Source: a virus
Reading direction: 5' to 3' (one strand)
Length of the DNA: 64,000 nt
IMG/VR virus record: IMGVR_UViG_3300045988_171772
Coordinates: 96,001-160,000 of that record
Shown: piece by piece, positions 9,494 to 19,470 of the stretch
Position numbering within the stretch: the stretch's first letter is position 1
How the letters are laid out: each line of letters opens with the position of its first letter
Program-made: the position numbers and the translations under genes
Notes under the pieces: model-generated
Told to the model about the DNA's origin: nothing
The model's database searches: none
What the model saw: only the letters and a program-made list of their open reading frames with translations

Positions 9494-10883
9494 CTCTCCA
9501 GATAGACTGAATAATAGAAGAAGGAATATCCTTCACGGTATCAATGGCAAGAGTTGAGAAGAGATTGATCTTTGTAGAGATAGAGTCAGCTGTCATATCA
9601 GCTCCACAGATCGTACAAAGATACTCAATCAACCCATCATTGTACATAAAGTTGGTAGGATTCGATGTTGTGGATAGGAAAAGCGATGAATACAGAGGAG
9701 TGATATCAAAGGTTACCTCAATTTCCGTAGGAAGACCATCAGCAGTCCAGCTCATATTGTCAGGACCACCTCGATTGATTCTCAGAGAAGTAACGACACC
9801 CATATCTGTATTGAAGAAACCTTTCGAGAATCCTCTTACCAGAAGAGGAGCTTTGAATGTATTTCTCGATTCCTGTCTAGGTAAAGAGAAAGCCATTACA
9901 TGAGCCAAAGGAATAAAGCAGTATTCCATAATCGATTCAGGATCTCCATAGGGAGATACAAATCTGCAGTTTACAGTGATATCCTTACCATATTGGAAAT
10001 CATCAATAAACTGAGGGAATGCCATCTTAGCACCACTAAGATAGCCAATACCTTTGGTAAGCATATCGGCCCATCCAGATCCAGCATCAAGACCTTCTGC
10101 AGTGAATGCTTCTTCAATCGAAGACTTGACATCACTGGTAATAGAACTACCAAGATCACCTGCCAAGAATGCGATGTCTTTCATTTCATCTGTAAAGAGT
10201 CCTTCCAGCTTAGACTGGATAGTAGATTCACGAGTGGATGTACTGATACTATCGCTAGAGTCAGTAGAGACACCTGCATAGAAATGGACATAGCTATTCT
10301 GATCAATGAAGATCTTATCTCCCTGATTTTCTAACCATCCAAAGATTCTATCGGTGACGGTTCCACCACCAGTTCGAACATTGCTCCCGATATGCTGCCA
10401 GTTGTTATAATTGTAATATTTGTATGGAGTCGTGGTCCCCATGACATTCTTATCACCAATGCCAATCAGAATTGCCATCACTCGACAAAGAAGGTTGACC
10501 ATATTTCCATACTCATGCCAAGCAGATGCAAAATCATAGAAATATTTTGCACCTCTCATATTATTGTAAATGCCCTCGACAGCGCCTTCATTCACGCCAC
10601 CTTTGGCAGTATCAATAAGAGAACTGATCCCATAGTTACTCGAGATAAAAGAAGACAATCCTTTTACATGAACCTTACCAGGAGTAATGCTCACGATGGT
10701 AGGATGTGCCATAACGGTCTCGCTCATGGTTCTACCAATGGTGACTTCTCCCTTTTGAGCAGAGACTTTGATTCTGGGATCTACTTGGTGAGTATATTGA
10801 GGTGGTCCTCCAAAAAGTCTAGGGGACATATACATCGTATCAATATTTTTTGATACGTTATACAAACTTCGAAAGTCAGGCAT
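9450..10883 (-). CDS. hypothetical protein, probably virion or tail associated (477 aa)
   Basis: Track ORF immediately downstream of the giant structural gene. AAAGGTGGG lies upstream of the ATG. TGA stop. Function is inferred from position only. Confidence 0.7.
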   Translation of the reverse strand: MPDFRSLYNVSKNIDTMYMSPRLFGGPPQYTHQVDPRIKVSAQKGEVTIGRTMSETVMAHPTIVSITPGKVHVKGLSSFISSNYGISSLIDTAKGGVNEGAVEGIYNNMRGAKYFYDFASAWHEYGNMVNLLCRVMAILIGIGDKNVMGTTTPYKYYNYNNWQHIGSNVRTGGGTVTDRIFGWLENQGDKIFIDQNSYVHFYAGVSTDSSDSISTSTRESTIQSKLEGLFTDEMKDIAFLAGDLGSSITSDVKSSIEEAFTAEGLDAGSGWADMLTKGIGYLSGAKMAFPQFIDDFQYGKDITVNCRFVSPYGDPESIMEYCFIPLAHVMAFSLPRQESRNTFKAPLLVRGFSKGFFNTDMGVVTSLRINRGGPDNMSWTADGLPTEIEVTFDITPLYSSLFLSTTSNPTNFMYNDGLIEYLCTICGADMTADSISTKINLFSTLAIDTVKDIPSSIIQSIWRDGLGNIINNIRKLP

Positions 10884-10906
10884 ATCCCGTTATTCCCACC
10901 TTTCAT

Positions 10907-10929
10907 AGATTACGAAGGTGTTTTTGAGG
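10907..10929 (-). promoter_or_regulatory. candidate promoter, AAAACACC-N4-TA class
   Basis: The minus strand reads CCTCAAAAACACCTTCGTAATCT, ending 24 nt upstream of the ATG at 10883. Confidence 0.4.
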
Positions 10930-10993
10930 CTAATAATACCCACGTATATGAATTAGTTATCATATACGTGGGTATTTAGAAGCATTTTATAGA

Positions 10994-13900
10994 TTAATAG
11001 GAAGCGATCTTAGCATAAGTAGACCGGAGATTTCCTCTACCGAGACTATCACTATTCAGACCATTATTCAGAGTGGACAGCTTTTGTTTAGCAGAATCTT
11101 TTGCACTCTGCTTTCTCTGGGTGTCACTCTTCTTACCTTCCTTAGAGGCATTCGTATTCTTACCGGTTTCCATCTTCTTGGTAGTACCACCAAGAGCACC
11201 ACCAGAGACCATGTTACCAGTATTGTCACGAATGTCAGTGAGCAGCAGAATCATCTGATCCAGCTTATCACCACTATCAGAAATAGTAGTTTCAGCATCC
11301 TCAGGTCCGCGACCCAGAAGCGGATAATCCTTATAGGCTCCACCCTTAGGCAGCTTCTCCTGAGCTTTCTTTCTTGCAACCTGCTGCTGATAGTAGGCCA
11401 ATTTCTTTTCTTCCATCGTATTGCCAGGCATAGAAGCAAGAATCTTGGGATCAGGTTCTTTATCCATACCCATACCATATCCGACAGAAGTATCGGTGGC
11501 AGTACCATTTGCAGCAGCATTCTCCTCTGCAGCTTCTTCATCAGCCTTGACCTGGTCATAACTCTTACCAGAGATGACAGAATTCATGACACGAGTGCCA
11601 ACCTTATTGAAGATATTACCCACAGAGTTGAAGATTGCATTGAAGAGGTTGGTAGCAGAAGGAGATTCGGATTCACCTTCAGCACCAGTAGTTCCAGTTG
11701 TGGCTCCTGCCGTAGCAGTACCATCTGTAGCACCCGTAGTAGCGCCGGAAGCTCCAGAAGCAGATACCGACATGCCACTAGAGACATTGGGATCCAACTG
11801 TCCAGAAGCACCCTTGCCATCCGGAGTTTCTATAACCTGAGCCCAGTGCATCGGGTTAATAGAACTCGCTGTGGGAGCCCAAGCAGTCTGTGCCGTAGAT
11901 CCTTGTCCATAGGGAGGATTCGGAGCATACGGGTCATTGATAATGATATTGCCATTGGCATCCAGTCCAGTAGCAAGCACGCAGTGAGAACCACCCATTC
12001 CGTACTTGTACATGTTGCTATTATTGCCAACACCGTACATCATAACCATCTTTCTCTGCTTCAGAGCAGAAATAATGGTATCGAGATACTGCGTACCGTC
12101 AACAGTACCAGCGGACTGAGAGCCATTCGCAGGATAACGAGTTACCTTAACGCCAGCCTTCTGCAGGTTGGAGATGGTAGCAGCGTTACCATATTGATTC
12201 AGGAATGTACCAGGGTCAATGGCATTACCAGTAATGGTAGAAGCAGCCATTGTACCAGAGGTATGAACGCATCCAATAGAACCAATAGTTCCTTTATAAG
12301 GAGGCAGGTTCATATTGGAGTACGAGTTACCATTCTGTGAGAAGTAGTAAGCTCCATGCTGAATGGTGGTACCATTATCCTTCACCACATTGGCAGGAGT
12401 CGTACCAGAAGCAGATACTGTGGAGCCTTCGCTTGCCATAGTACCCATTGCATGAGCACCACCCAGTCTCTCCATAGAGTAAGCATGAGTAGCTCCATTC
12501 TGAAGCATACCAGGTGATACCACAGAGGATCCTTCACCATCATCCACGGTATACATACCATCAGGTGTACGACCTGTGACAGTAACGATGTGACCCGCTT
12601 TGGTATAAAGAGAATCACAAGAATTACATCCAGATCCATAACCCATGGATTTACCAGAGACAATGACAGGATTTCCATTATCCAGAGATGCATCCAAAGA
12701 ATCCATCCCGGAGATTTCAGTTCCGGACATACCATATTTACGAGCACCTTCTGTGAAGAGCTTCGCATTGGCACCTCCATCTGTCAACATACCATTTCTT
12801 CTGGCATATCTGCCCACTTCACCAGGATTGGCATTACCGCCAGCTGCATTCACAGCATTCGCCAGTGCAGTAGGTCCACAACCAGAATTGGCCATATTGG
12901 CAGGAGATCCATCCGGAAGAGTACCGAGACTCAAAGAAGCATAAGAAGGATCATCTTGCTTCAGACCACCAGGTCCATAGCCAAGAGCTCCTCCACCATT
13001 TCCAAGAGATGCTCTAGAAGACTGCTTGTTAGCTTCTTTTGCAACGCTCAGAGATGCAGTCATATTGTCTTTCTTGTTTTGCTGATATCTCTTGCTAGAA
13101 GTATCTGTTCCTGATCCATATCCTTCAGTATTAGCAGCAGTGGCGGTTTCTTCGTCCTGCTTCTTATTACCTCCAAATATACCAGAGAACCAGTTACTTA
13201 CAGCCTTACCAGCTCTCTTAGCAGCACCGATTACTCCATTAACGGCTTTACTGCCGATAGTCTGATTCACAATATCATTATATTCGGTAAGAGACAAATC
13301 TTCTTCTGTAAGATTATTATCTTTCAAATATTGCTGATATTCTGCCTCATACTCACTCTGCTTTTGGTCAATGGTCTTAACACCTTTCTTTTCAAGACCA
13401 AAGACTTTGTAGATGAGCTCGTAAATGACTTCGGCGAGTTCTCTCTTGAAATTGGGCAAACCAATAAGCTCACAGATACTAGAAACCAGATCGAATGCAG
13501 GACCGACAAAGGGAAGGTACTCGACAAGAAGGCTGATAATAGCAGATACAGTTCTCATTCCAATATCAACATCGTCTTCGGATATCATGAAAAGATTCGC
13601 AGCATCCAAAGCACCAGAAGCTACTGTAAAGACGCCTGTAATAACTGCACCAGCAGTCTTCAGAGCCTGCCCAGCAGTGCTTGCATTGAATTTTGTGATC
13701 AATTCACTGATCTGTGTAGCAAACTTTGTATTCTTTATTGCGGTCTTCAGATTATTGAAGATTCCAGAAATGAAATCCTTAATCTTCTTAACCAATTCAG
13801 AAGGTTTTACATCTTTCAGAAGTTGTTTAAGAGGACCACAATTTGCAAATTTATCAAGAGCTTCCGTCAGCATATCCAGGAGATTTGTCAGAGACTCCCA

Positions 13901-16900
13901 GACCTTGCTTCCGTTGGTACTTGCCCACTTTGCTGTAGTGAAATCTGCCGCCTTCTTTGTTTTTGTAGCCAAGAATCCTGCGCCTTTTTGAGCCAGGCCA
14001 GTCAGGCCTCTTCCTACAGTGGCAGTACCCTTACCAACAGCTGCAGTTGCTTTACCGAATTTTTTGATAGATTTGACAATCGGAATATGATCGGTTACAA
14101 AATCGACACCTTTTCCTACCCAGGAAAGCGCTTTACCGGCTTTACTACCCTTGACAGCAGCTTTCGCAGCTCCATAAGCGTTCGATGCCTTAACACCGAC
14201 ATCGTGAACGACATCAGCAGCTGTCAAAACTGCCCCACCGGCTTTATTCACAAGAGTACCACCGGCTTTGAAACCAGCTCTTGCTAGATCTCCATCTGTA
14301 CCAGTAACTGCAGTTTGAGCTGCCTTCCTTCTGACAAAATTCGGAATCATCATGCCTCTTTCAGTATTGACGGTAGCAGTAACGACTTCGTTACCATTTT
14401 CGTCAACTCTGGTACCTGCACCGACATAGTCAGGATTCAACTCTTCCATTTCTTCCTTGGTGAATTCTTTAGTGTCTCCACCAAGGACGAATTGACCGAG
14501 GAAATCACCAACCTTATCTCCGATACCTTCAATACCATCCATGATGGCACCACCGATACCTTTTGCAAGAGCACCACCGAGAGAGATAACCGCTTTACCA
14601 AGTACCTCTCCCAAAGTACCGATCAGTTTTCTACCAGTCTCAGAGTTCAGAAGAGCAGCCACAGTGGTAATACCACCAATAGCAAGACCAGCTTTCTTGA
14701 GGATATCCCCAATTCCGCCTTCTTCCTCTTCTTCCTGAGCAACCGCGTCACCTTCAACAGGTTCTGCCTTACCAGGTTCTTCATCTTCTTCACCGGTAGA
14801 ATCCTTCACTTTATCTTTACCCTGAGCCTGAATAGAAGCAGTTTCTTCTGCTTCTCTCGCTCTTCTCTGAGCATCCGCAGCATCTGCTTTGTCCTCATTA
14901 GCCGCAGCAGTCTTTCTTCTATGCTCAGTTTCGGCGATCTCAGCTTTATTTTCTTCTTCTTGCTGCTTAGCTTCTTCAGCCTGATCCTGCATCTTTTGCT
15001 TTTTCTTCTCAATAGCAGCATTGACAGCATTGATGATAGCAGAAGCTTTATCAGAAGCAGTATCAATCAGAGATTCATCCAGAGGAATACCAAGAGTAGC
15101 AGAGATTTGACCCAAAGCAAGAGCAATCTGATTCTTACGAGTCGCTTGTGCTTCTGCTTTTTCTTTCTCTTCTTCTACCTTCTCTGCAGCAATACGGTCA
15201 CGTTCTTGGAGCTCTTTCTTGAAGGCCTCCTGGTTCTTCATCCACTTATCAAAATCTTCTTTATTCTCGATTCTGTTATAAGTTTCATCGATGATGTTAC
15301 CTTCGGCATCCCGTTCAAGATACTGCTCAACGTCTTTCCGTCTCTTTGCATACTCTTTATCAGTCAGATCCTTAGCAGCGTAAGCATCCTTCCGATTATA
15401 TTTACTGAGCACACTATCGAGACGATTTTGTCTCTTACTATTCTGCTTTTCTGCACGATATTTGGCAAATCCAGTCAGGCCAGCAAGAGCTTGCTCTTTA
15501 TTATTAATGAATTTCTGGTAATTCTTTCCGATATACTCATTGAGAGCATTGGGGTCGATCTGACCATTCTCATCTCTCGGAAGAGCATTCCAGGCTTTAT
15601 CCTTGACATTACCGTTTCGATCCTTAGGAAGCAATTCTTCCATAGCAGCTTGTCTTTCCATAGGATCGACACTCTGCATTCTAGACTGAATATCATCCAA
15701 TCTATCTTTCTCATCTTGATACTGAGCTCCATAATAGGATTCAGCACCCTGAGCCATAGAAGATTTAAATGCTCCGATTCTAGCACGAATTCCACCCTTC
15801 TGAGTGACAGCGGATTTCGCACTATCCTTCAGATTTCCTAAGAGACCATGTCTAACATAACCAGCTCTAGCTCCCCAACGAGCATTCCTTCTCGCTCGTC
15901 TCTGACCTCTGAGGTTCTTTAAGAACTCAAGAGGATTCTCTGCATTTCTACTATTCCAGAGATCAGCGATGAGTTGAGTCGGTTTCGCTGCAATCCATGT
16001 AGCAGCTTTAGCAGCAGTCTTCAGTGCGAACGCTCCACCTTTGACAGTGGCACCCAACATAGCACCGGTAATCTTGACAATCCCATTATTGAGAGCCTGC
16101 ATAGGATGGGTAATAATGGAAATCACATTCTTACCAACATTCTGGATGGTTTCAACCATGGACTTTGTCACAGGATTTTTCAGTCCCATGTCTCTGAAGG
16201 CGGCTACAATAGGAGCAAACTGAGCTTTCGCATAGCTTGCAACTTCATTCTTGACAGAGTCAAAAGAAGACTTCAGAAGATTCTTTCCTTCTGTCTGAAG
16301 CATGTTTGTCCACTGACCGACCATACCAGTCTTCTCAACATGGACAACTCCATTTTCATCTACTGTCTTTGATCCAAAGAAGAGTCTCTTGAAATCAAAT
16401 CCAGTAGTAGCGATACCCACAGTAGCACCAAGAATGGCACCACCAATAGGACCACCGGGAAGGAAGAGAGAACCTAAGACTCCACCAATACCTGCGCTCA
16501 TAGCAGTTCTCTTGGTAAAACCTACCTTAGCTTTGATCTTCTGCCACAGATTTGCTGCGATTTCCTTACCATCTGTAAAGACATCTTCCACCGCTTCCGC
16601 AGATTTATTCAGCTCATCAATAGCGATATTGATCGAGGCCTTGGTATCTTTCTCTCTATTCTTATCCTCGGATCTTCTTCTAGAAGCTTCGTTGGTATTG
16701 GATCCAGGTCTTCTTGCATTCTGGTTATTGGCTCTACGAGCAGGAGCACCACCGAGTCTCTCACCATTACCAAGAGCTCCATTATCATTATTGGTATTAT
16801 CAGAAGGAGCATTCGGATCCTTACCAGTCATTACCTGAGTGGATTTATCTCTCACCTTCTGCTTGAAGGTACGAGTATCCTTAGGCTTCTTCTTGATTTC

Positions 16901-19318
16901 ACCTTGACTATTCAGAATAGACTGATCATTCTGCCACTGGGTATTTCCATCTCTGGGGATTCCTTGTTTATCCATGGGATAAATATCAGATCCACCAGGA
17001 GGTTGCAGATTGGCATCTCGATCGGTACCTTTAACGACTCTATCATCATGATCAATCGGCTTGATGATATATTTCTTACCATCCAGGACGATATTTCTTC
17101 TCTTTACGACACGAAGGCATCCAGGTTTACCATATCGATACTTCAATACAGCCAAACCGAATAATCCATCTTTGTCACCAGATTTATCAGCGGTGATAAA
17201 ATCGTATTGATCCGGATTGTAGGCATTATTCCGCATGATGTTCATCACATCAGCGACAGTCAGATGATCATATTCATACTTACTGACATTCTTCTTGAAG
17301 GAGCTTGCAACTCCCAAGACACCACCAGTAGTATCAACTGTATCATATCCTGAAATAAGACCGATCAATCCCAGACCAGCAGCTTCCACTTTAGAAGCAG
17401 CTTTGTTTCTCGTGTAAGTGGTACCGACACCTTCACTAGCAGCATATTTGATATTTTCGATATATCGATTCTTCTGCTTATTAGAGGCAAAGACAGTACC
17501 CTTTGCACGATCCATCAGCCTCTTGGTTTCTTCTGCAGCTTCCTCAGCTTTCTTCTTGTCTCTCTCCTGTTTTCTAGAGAGATCAGTAGCAGTATAAGAA
17601 GTACCAAGATCTTCCGGGCTAAATCCACCTTTGATAAAACCAAACTGGTTGGTTTCTCTCCGGTTAAATAGCTCGGATTCAGATTCTGTGAGTTCCATCT
17701 GCATCATATACTGACGCAGTTTTGTCACAGTTCCTTTGAAATAAATGACCAACTGAGAAATCTCAAATGGATTAAATCCCAGTTTCTCGAGTTCTTTACC
17801 ATAGGCTCTAGCAGCTTGGGTAAGATTCTTCTCTCCTTCGAGAGTTTTCTCACCATAGATCATAGGTTGCAAATGCTTCCACATGATCTTCTTTGCTTCA
17901 TCCTGTAAAGCCTCGTCATCCTGGAATTTACTTTCAAAGAAAATATTCGATTCAGCAGAAGCTCCACGGAATGCATCTGATGTGCGAGCTCTCAATCCTT
18001 CTCGAATCTGTTTCTTGTCCTTGAATGTCCCGGCGTCATAATCATAGAAGACGGGTTCCTTAGATCCTTTCCTCTTGGGAATATTCGAAGTATTCGCTTC
18101 GATCATTGCCAAGTAATGAGGAATGACTACCTCAAGAGCTCTCTTGGATTTACCATCCCAAGGAACTGCTCCCTTATAGTATTTCCCTAACTGGAAAGAA
18201 TCTTGCTTTCTTGCTCCAGCTCCTAACAGCTGACCAAGCATTCCTTTGATTCCGGATTCATTCCGCATGTCAGAAAGAGTCGATAATCCGCCCATCAAAG
18301 CCTGAGGAAGCAGATCATCGACTTTTGTGATAGCCTTCTGAATCTTCTTCGGAATCAATTTCTTCATTGCAGCATTCATGAGCATCTGAGTAGGCCGAAT
18401 CATAGATTTCGGTCCACCCATACCGCCCATCATATTTCCCATCATGGAACCCATACCCAGCATCATCTGCAGTTCAGACAGAGACGAGCTATTCTGGAAA
18501 TTCTCTTTGACGACGGAAATGTAGGAGGGAAGATCGAAAGAACCACCTGCCAGGAATGCATCCATAGCAGGAGTCTTACCCTTCTTCTTGGAGGGCTTAT
18601 ACATCTCCATCTGGACTTTCATGAAGGCATGAGCTGACTTCAAATAATCCAGATGTGCCTGGTTTACCTTACTCTGGTTATCATTCATGAATTTCACGAT
18701 ATTAACCAGGTTGGTATTGATCTGATCCAGGCGTTTATTTGTCTCTGTCAGAGAAGCACCCAGTTTATTGACTGCAATCATTCCGATGTTATTCGTCGTA
18801 TTCATGATTGCTTTGGCAGTATTTACCTGGGCCATCATCTGAGCCTTAGAGGATCTCTCTAATGTCTCAGCGATTCGATTGCTTCCTTCCAGGCTAACTT
18901 TTGCAGTTGCTTTCGCATCTGTGCTAAGATTTAATTTACGAACTTCCACACCACTCTCATTTTGATCTTCTGAGGTGGTGTAGTCACTTGAATCGAAATC
19001 AAAATCGTCACTACCAAAAAGATCACCAAAGTCATCCTTGGGAGTGGCGAAGTTACCGGTTTTGATATCATTGATCGTACCTTCAATGATATCATTGGCC
19101 TGCTTTTGAAGTTCTGTATAGTTGAGAGCACGATCGACTTGCTTACCTTTGGCACGATAGTCGCTCATGAAATCTCTCAGCTTATAGATTTCATCCGCAG
19201 CATCTTCTGTAATCTTGGTAGTATTGGGTGCTACCTCGGTCAGTACGTCCTTGGCAGAGTAACCAATCGACTTACCAAAATTAGCAAGCCAAGATGCCAC
19301 GCTATTTAAACGAGCCAA
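10994..19318 (-). CDS. giant virion or ejection / tape-measure-like protein with two C-terminal papain-like cysteine peptidase domains
   Basis: 2774-aa ORF with a TTG start. Contains a Gly/Met-rich stretch (GMGSMMGNMMGGMGGP), Gly-rich hydrophobic segments and a long Lys/Glu coiled-coil. First peptidase: SGCGPTALANA...GHIVTV (Cys codon 12878-12880). Second peptidase: GSIGCVHTSG...GSHCVLATG..NDP (Cys codon 12269-12271). Confidence 0.85.
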   Translation of the reverse strand: MARLNSVASWLANFGKSIGYSAKDVLTEVAPNTTKITEDAADEIYKLRDFMSDYRAKGKQVDRALNYTELQKQANDIIEGTINDIKTGNFATPKDDFGDLFGSDDFDFDSSDYTTSEDQNESGVEVRKLNLSTDAKATAKVSLEGSNRIAETLERSSKAQMMAQVNTAKAIMNTTNNIGMIAVNKLGASLTETNKRLDQINTNLVNIVKFMNDNQSKVNQAHLDYLKSAHAFMKVQMEMYKPSKKKGKTPAMDAFLAGGSFDLPSYISVVKENFQNSSSLSELQMMLGMGSMMGNMMGGMGGPKSMIRPTQMLMNAAMKKLIPKKIQKAITKVDDLLPQALMGGLSTLSDMRNESGIKGMLGQLLGAGARKQDSFQLGKYYKGAVPWDGKSKRALEVVIPHYLAMIEANTSNIPKRKGSKEPVFYDYDAGTFKDKKQIREGLRARTSDAFRGASAESNIFFESKFQDDEALQDEAKKIMWKHLQPMIYGEKTLEGEKNLTQAARAYGKELEKLGFNPFEISQLVIYFKGTVTKLRQYMMQMELTESESELFNRRETNQFGFIKGGFSPEDLGTSYTATDLSRKQERDKKKAEEAAEETKRLMDRAKGTVFASNKQKNRYIENIKYAASEGVGTTYTRNKAASKVEAAGLGLIGLISGYDTVDTTGGVLGVASSFKKNVSKYEYDHLTVADVMNIMRNNAYNPDQYDFITADKSGDKDGLFGLAVLKYRYGKPGCLRVVKRRNIVLDGKKYIIKPIDHDDRVVKGTDRDANLQPPGGSDIYPMDKQGIPRDGNTQWQNDQSILNSQGEIKKKPKDTRTFKQKVRDKSTQVMTGKDPNAPSDNTNNDNGALGNGERLGGAPARRANNQNARRPGSNTNEASRRRSEDKNREKDTKASINIAIDELNKSAEAVEDVFTDGKEIAANLWQKIKAKVGFTKRTAMSAGIGGVLGSLFLPGGPIGGAILGATVGIATTGFDFKRLFFGSKTVDENGVVHVEKTGMVGQWTNMLQTEGKNLLKSSFDSVKNEVASYAKAQFAPIVAAFRDMGLKNPVTKSMVETIQNVGKNVISIITHPMQALNNGIVKITGAMLGATVKGGAFALKTAAKAATWIAAKPTQLIADLWNSRNAENPLEFLKNLRGQRRARRNARWGARAGYVRHGLLGNLKDSAKSAVTQKGGIRARIGAFKSSMAQGAESYYGAQYQDEKDRLDDIQSRMQSVDPMERQAAMEELLPKDRNGNVKDKAWNALPRDENGQIDPNALNEYIGKNYQKFINNKEQALAGLTGFAKYRAEKQNSKRQNRLDSVLSKYNRKDAYAAKDLTDKEYAKRRKDVEQYLERDAEGNIIDETYNRIENKEDFDKWMKNQEAFKKELQERDRIAAEKVEEEKEKAEAQATRKNQIALALGQISATLGIPLDESLIDTASDKASAIINAVNAAIEKKKQKMQDQAEEAKQQEEENKAEIAETEHRRKTAAANEDKADAADAQRRAREAEETASIQAQGKDKVKDSTGEEDEEPGKAEPVEGDAVAQEEEEEGGIGDILKKAGLAIGGITTVAALLNSETGRKLIGTLGEVLGKAVISLGGALAKGIGGAIMDGIEGIGDKVGDFLGQFVLGGDTKEFTKEEMEELNPDYVGAGTRVDENGNEVVTATVNTERGMMIPNFVRRKAAQTAVTGTDGDLARAGFKAGGTLVNKAGGAVLTAADVVHDVGVKASNAYGAAKAAVKGSKAGKALSWVGKGVDFVTDHIPIVKSIKKFGKATAAVGKGTATVGRGLTGLAQKGAGFLATKTKKAADFTTAKWASTNGSKVWESLTNLLDMLTEALDKFANCGPLKQLLKDVKPSELVKKIKDFISGIFNNLKTAIKNTKFATQISELITKFNASTAGQALKTAGAVITGVFTVASGALDAANLFMISEDDVDIGMRTVSAIISLLVEYLPFVGPAFDLVSSICELIGLPNFKRELAEVIYELIYKVFGLEKKGVKTIDQKQSEYEAEYQQYLKDNNLTEEDLSLTEYNDIVNQTIGSKAVNGVIGAAKRAGKAVSNWFSGIFGGNKKQDEETATAANTEGYGSGTDTSSKRYQQNKKDNMTASLSVAKEANKQSSRASLGNGGGALGYGPGGLKQDDPSYASLSLGTLPDGSPANMANSGCGPTALANAVNAAGGNANPGEVGRYARRNGMLTDGGANAKLFTEGARKYGMSGTEISGMDSLDASLDNGNPVIVSGKSMGYGSGCNSCDSLYTKAGHIVTVTGRTPDGMYTVDDGEGSSVVSPGMLQNGATHAYSMERLGGAHAMGTMASEGSTVSASGTTPANVVKDNGTTIQHGAYYFSQNGNSYSNMNLPPYKGTIGSIGCVHTSGTMAASTITGNAIDPGTFLNQYGNAATISNLQKAGVKVTRYPANGSQSAGTVDGTQYLDTIISALKQRKMVMMYGVGNNSNMYKYGMGGSHCVLATGLDANGNIIINDPYAPNPPYGQGSTAQTAWAPTASSINPMHWAQVIETPDGKGASGQLDPNVSSGMSVSASGASGATTGATDGTATAGATTGTTGAEGESESPSATNLFNAIFNSVGNIFNKVGTRVMNSVISGKSYDQVKADEEAAEENAAANGTATDTSVGYGMGMDKEPDPKILASMPGNTMEEKKLAYYQQQVARKKAQEKLPKGGAYKDYPLLGRGPEDAETTISDSGDKLDQMILLLTDIRDNTGNMVSGGALGGTTKKMETGKNTNASKEGKKSDTQRKQSAKDSAKQKLSTLNNGLNSDSLGRGNLRSTYAKIASY

Positions 19319-19364
19319 TTATGCTTCACCACGCTTTCTTTGGCTTTAAGCATTAAAAAGCTGT

Positions 19365-19385
19365 TAAAATAGCGCATTTTGAGGG
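19365..19385 (-). promoter_or_regulatory. candidate promoter variant (CCTCAAAA-N-TATTTTA)
   Basis: The minus strand reads CCCTCAAAATGCGCTATTTTA about 45 nt upstream of the TTG start of the giant gene. It shares CCTCAAAA with the 10929 site but lacks AACACC. Confidence 0.25.
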
Positions 19386-19400
19386 CCTAGGAGCTTATTA

Positions 19401-19470
19401 TGAGAAATTTAAATGAGGATACCCAGATATGTCAGTGTATGACATCGGATATCCTCATTTAAATTTCTCA
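19401..19470. terminator. long perfect hairpin (21-bp stem)
   Basis: TGAGAAATTTAAATGAGGATA (19401-19421) pairs with TATCCTCATTTAAATTTCTCA (19450-19470). The loop contains a small inner hairpin, ATGTCA/TGACAT. Confidence 0.7.
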
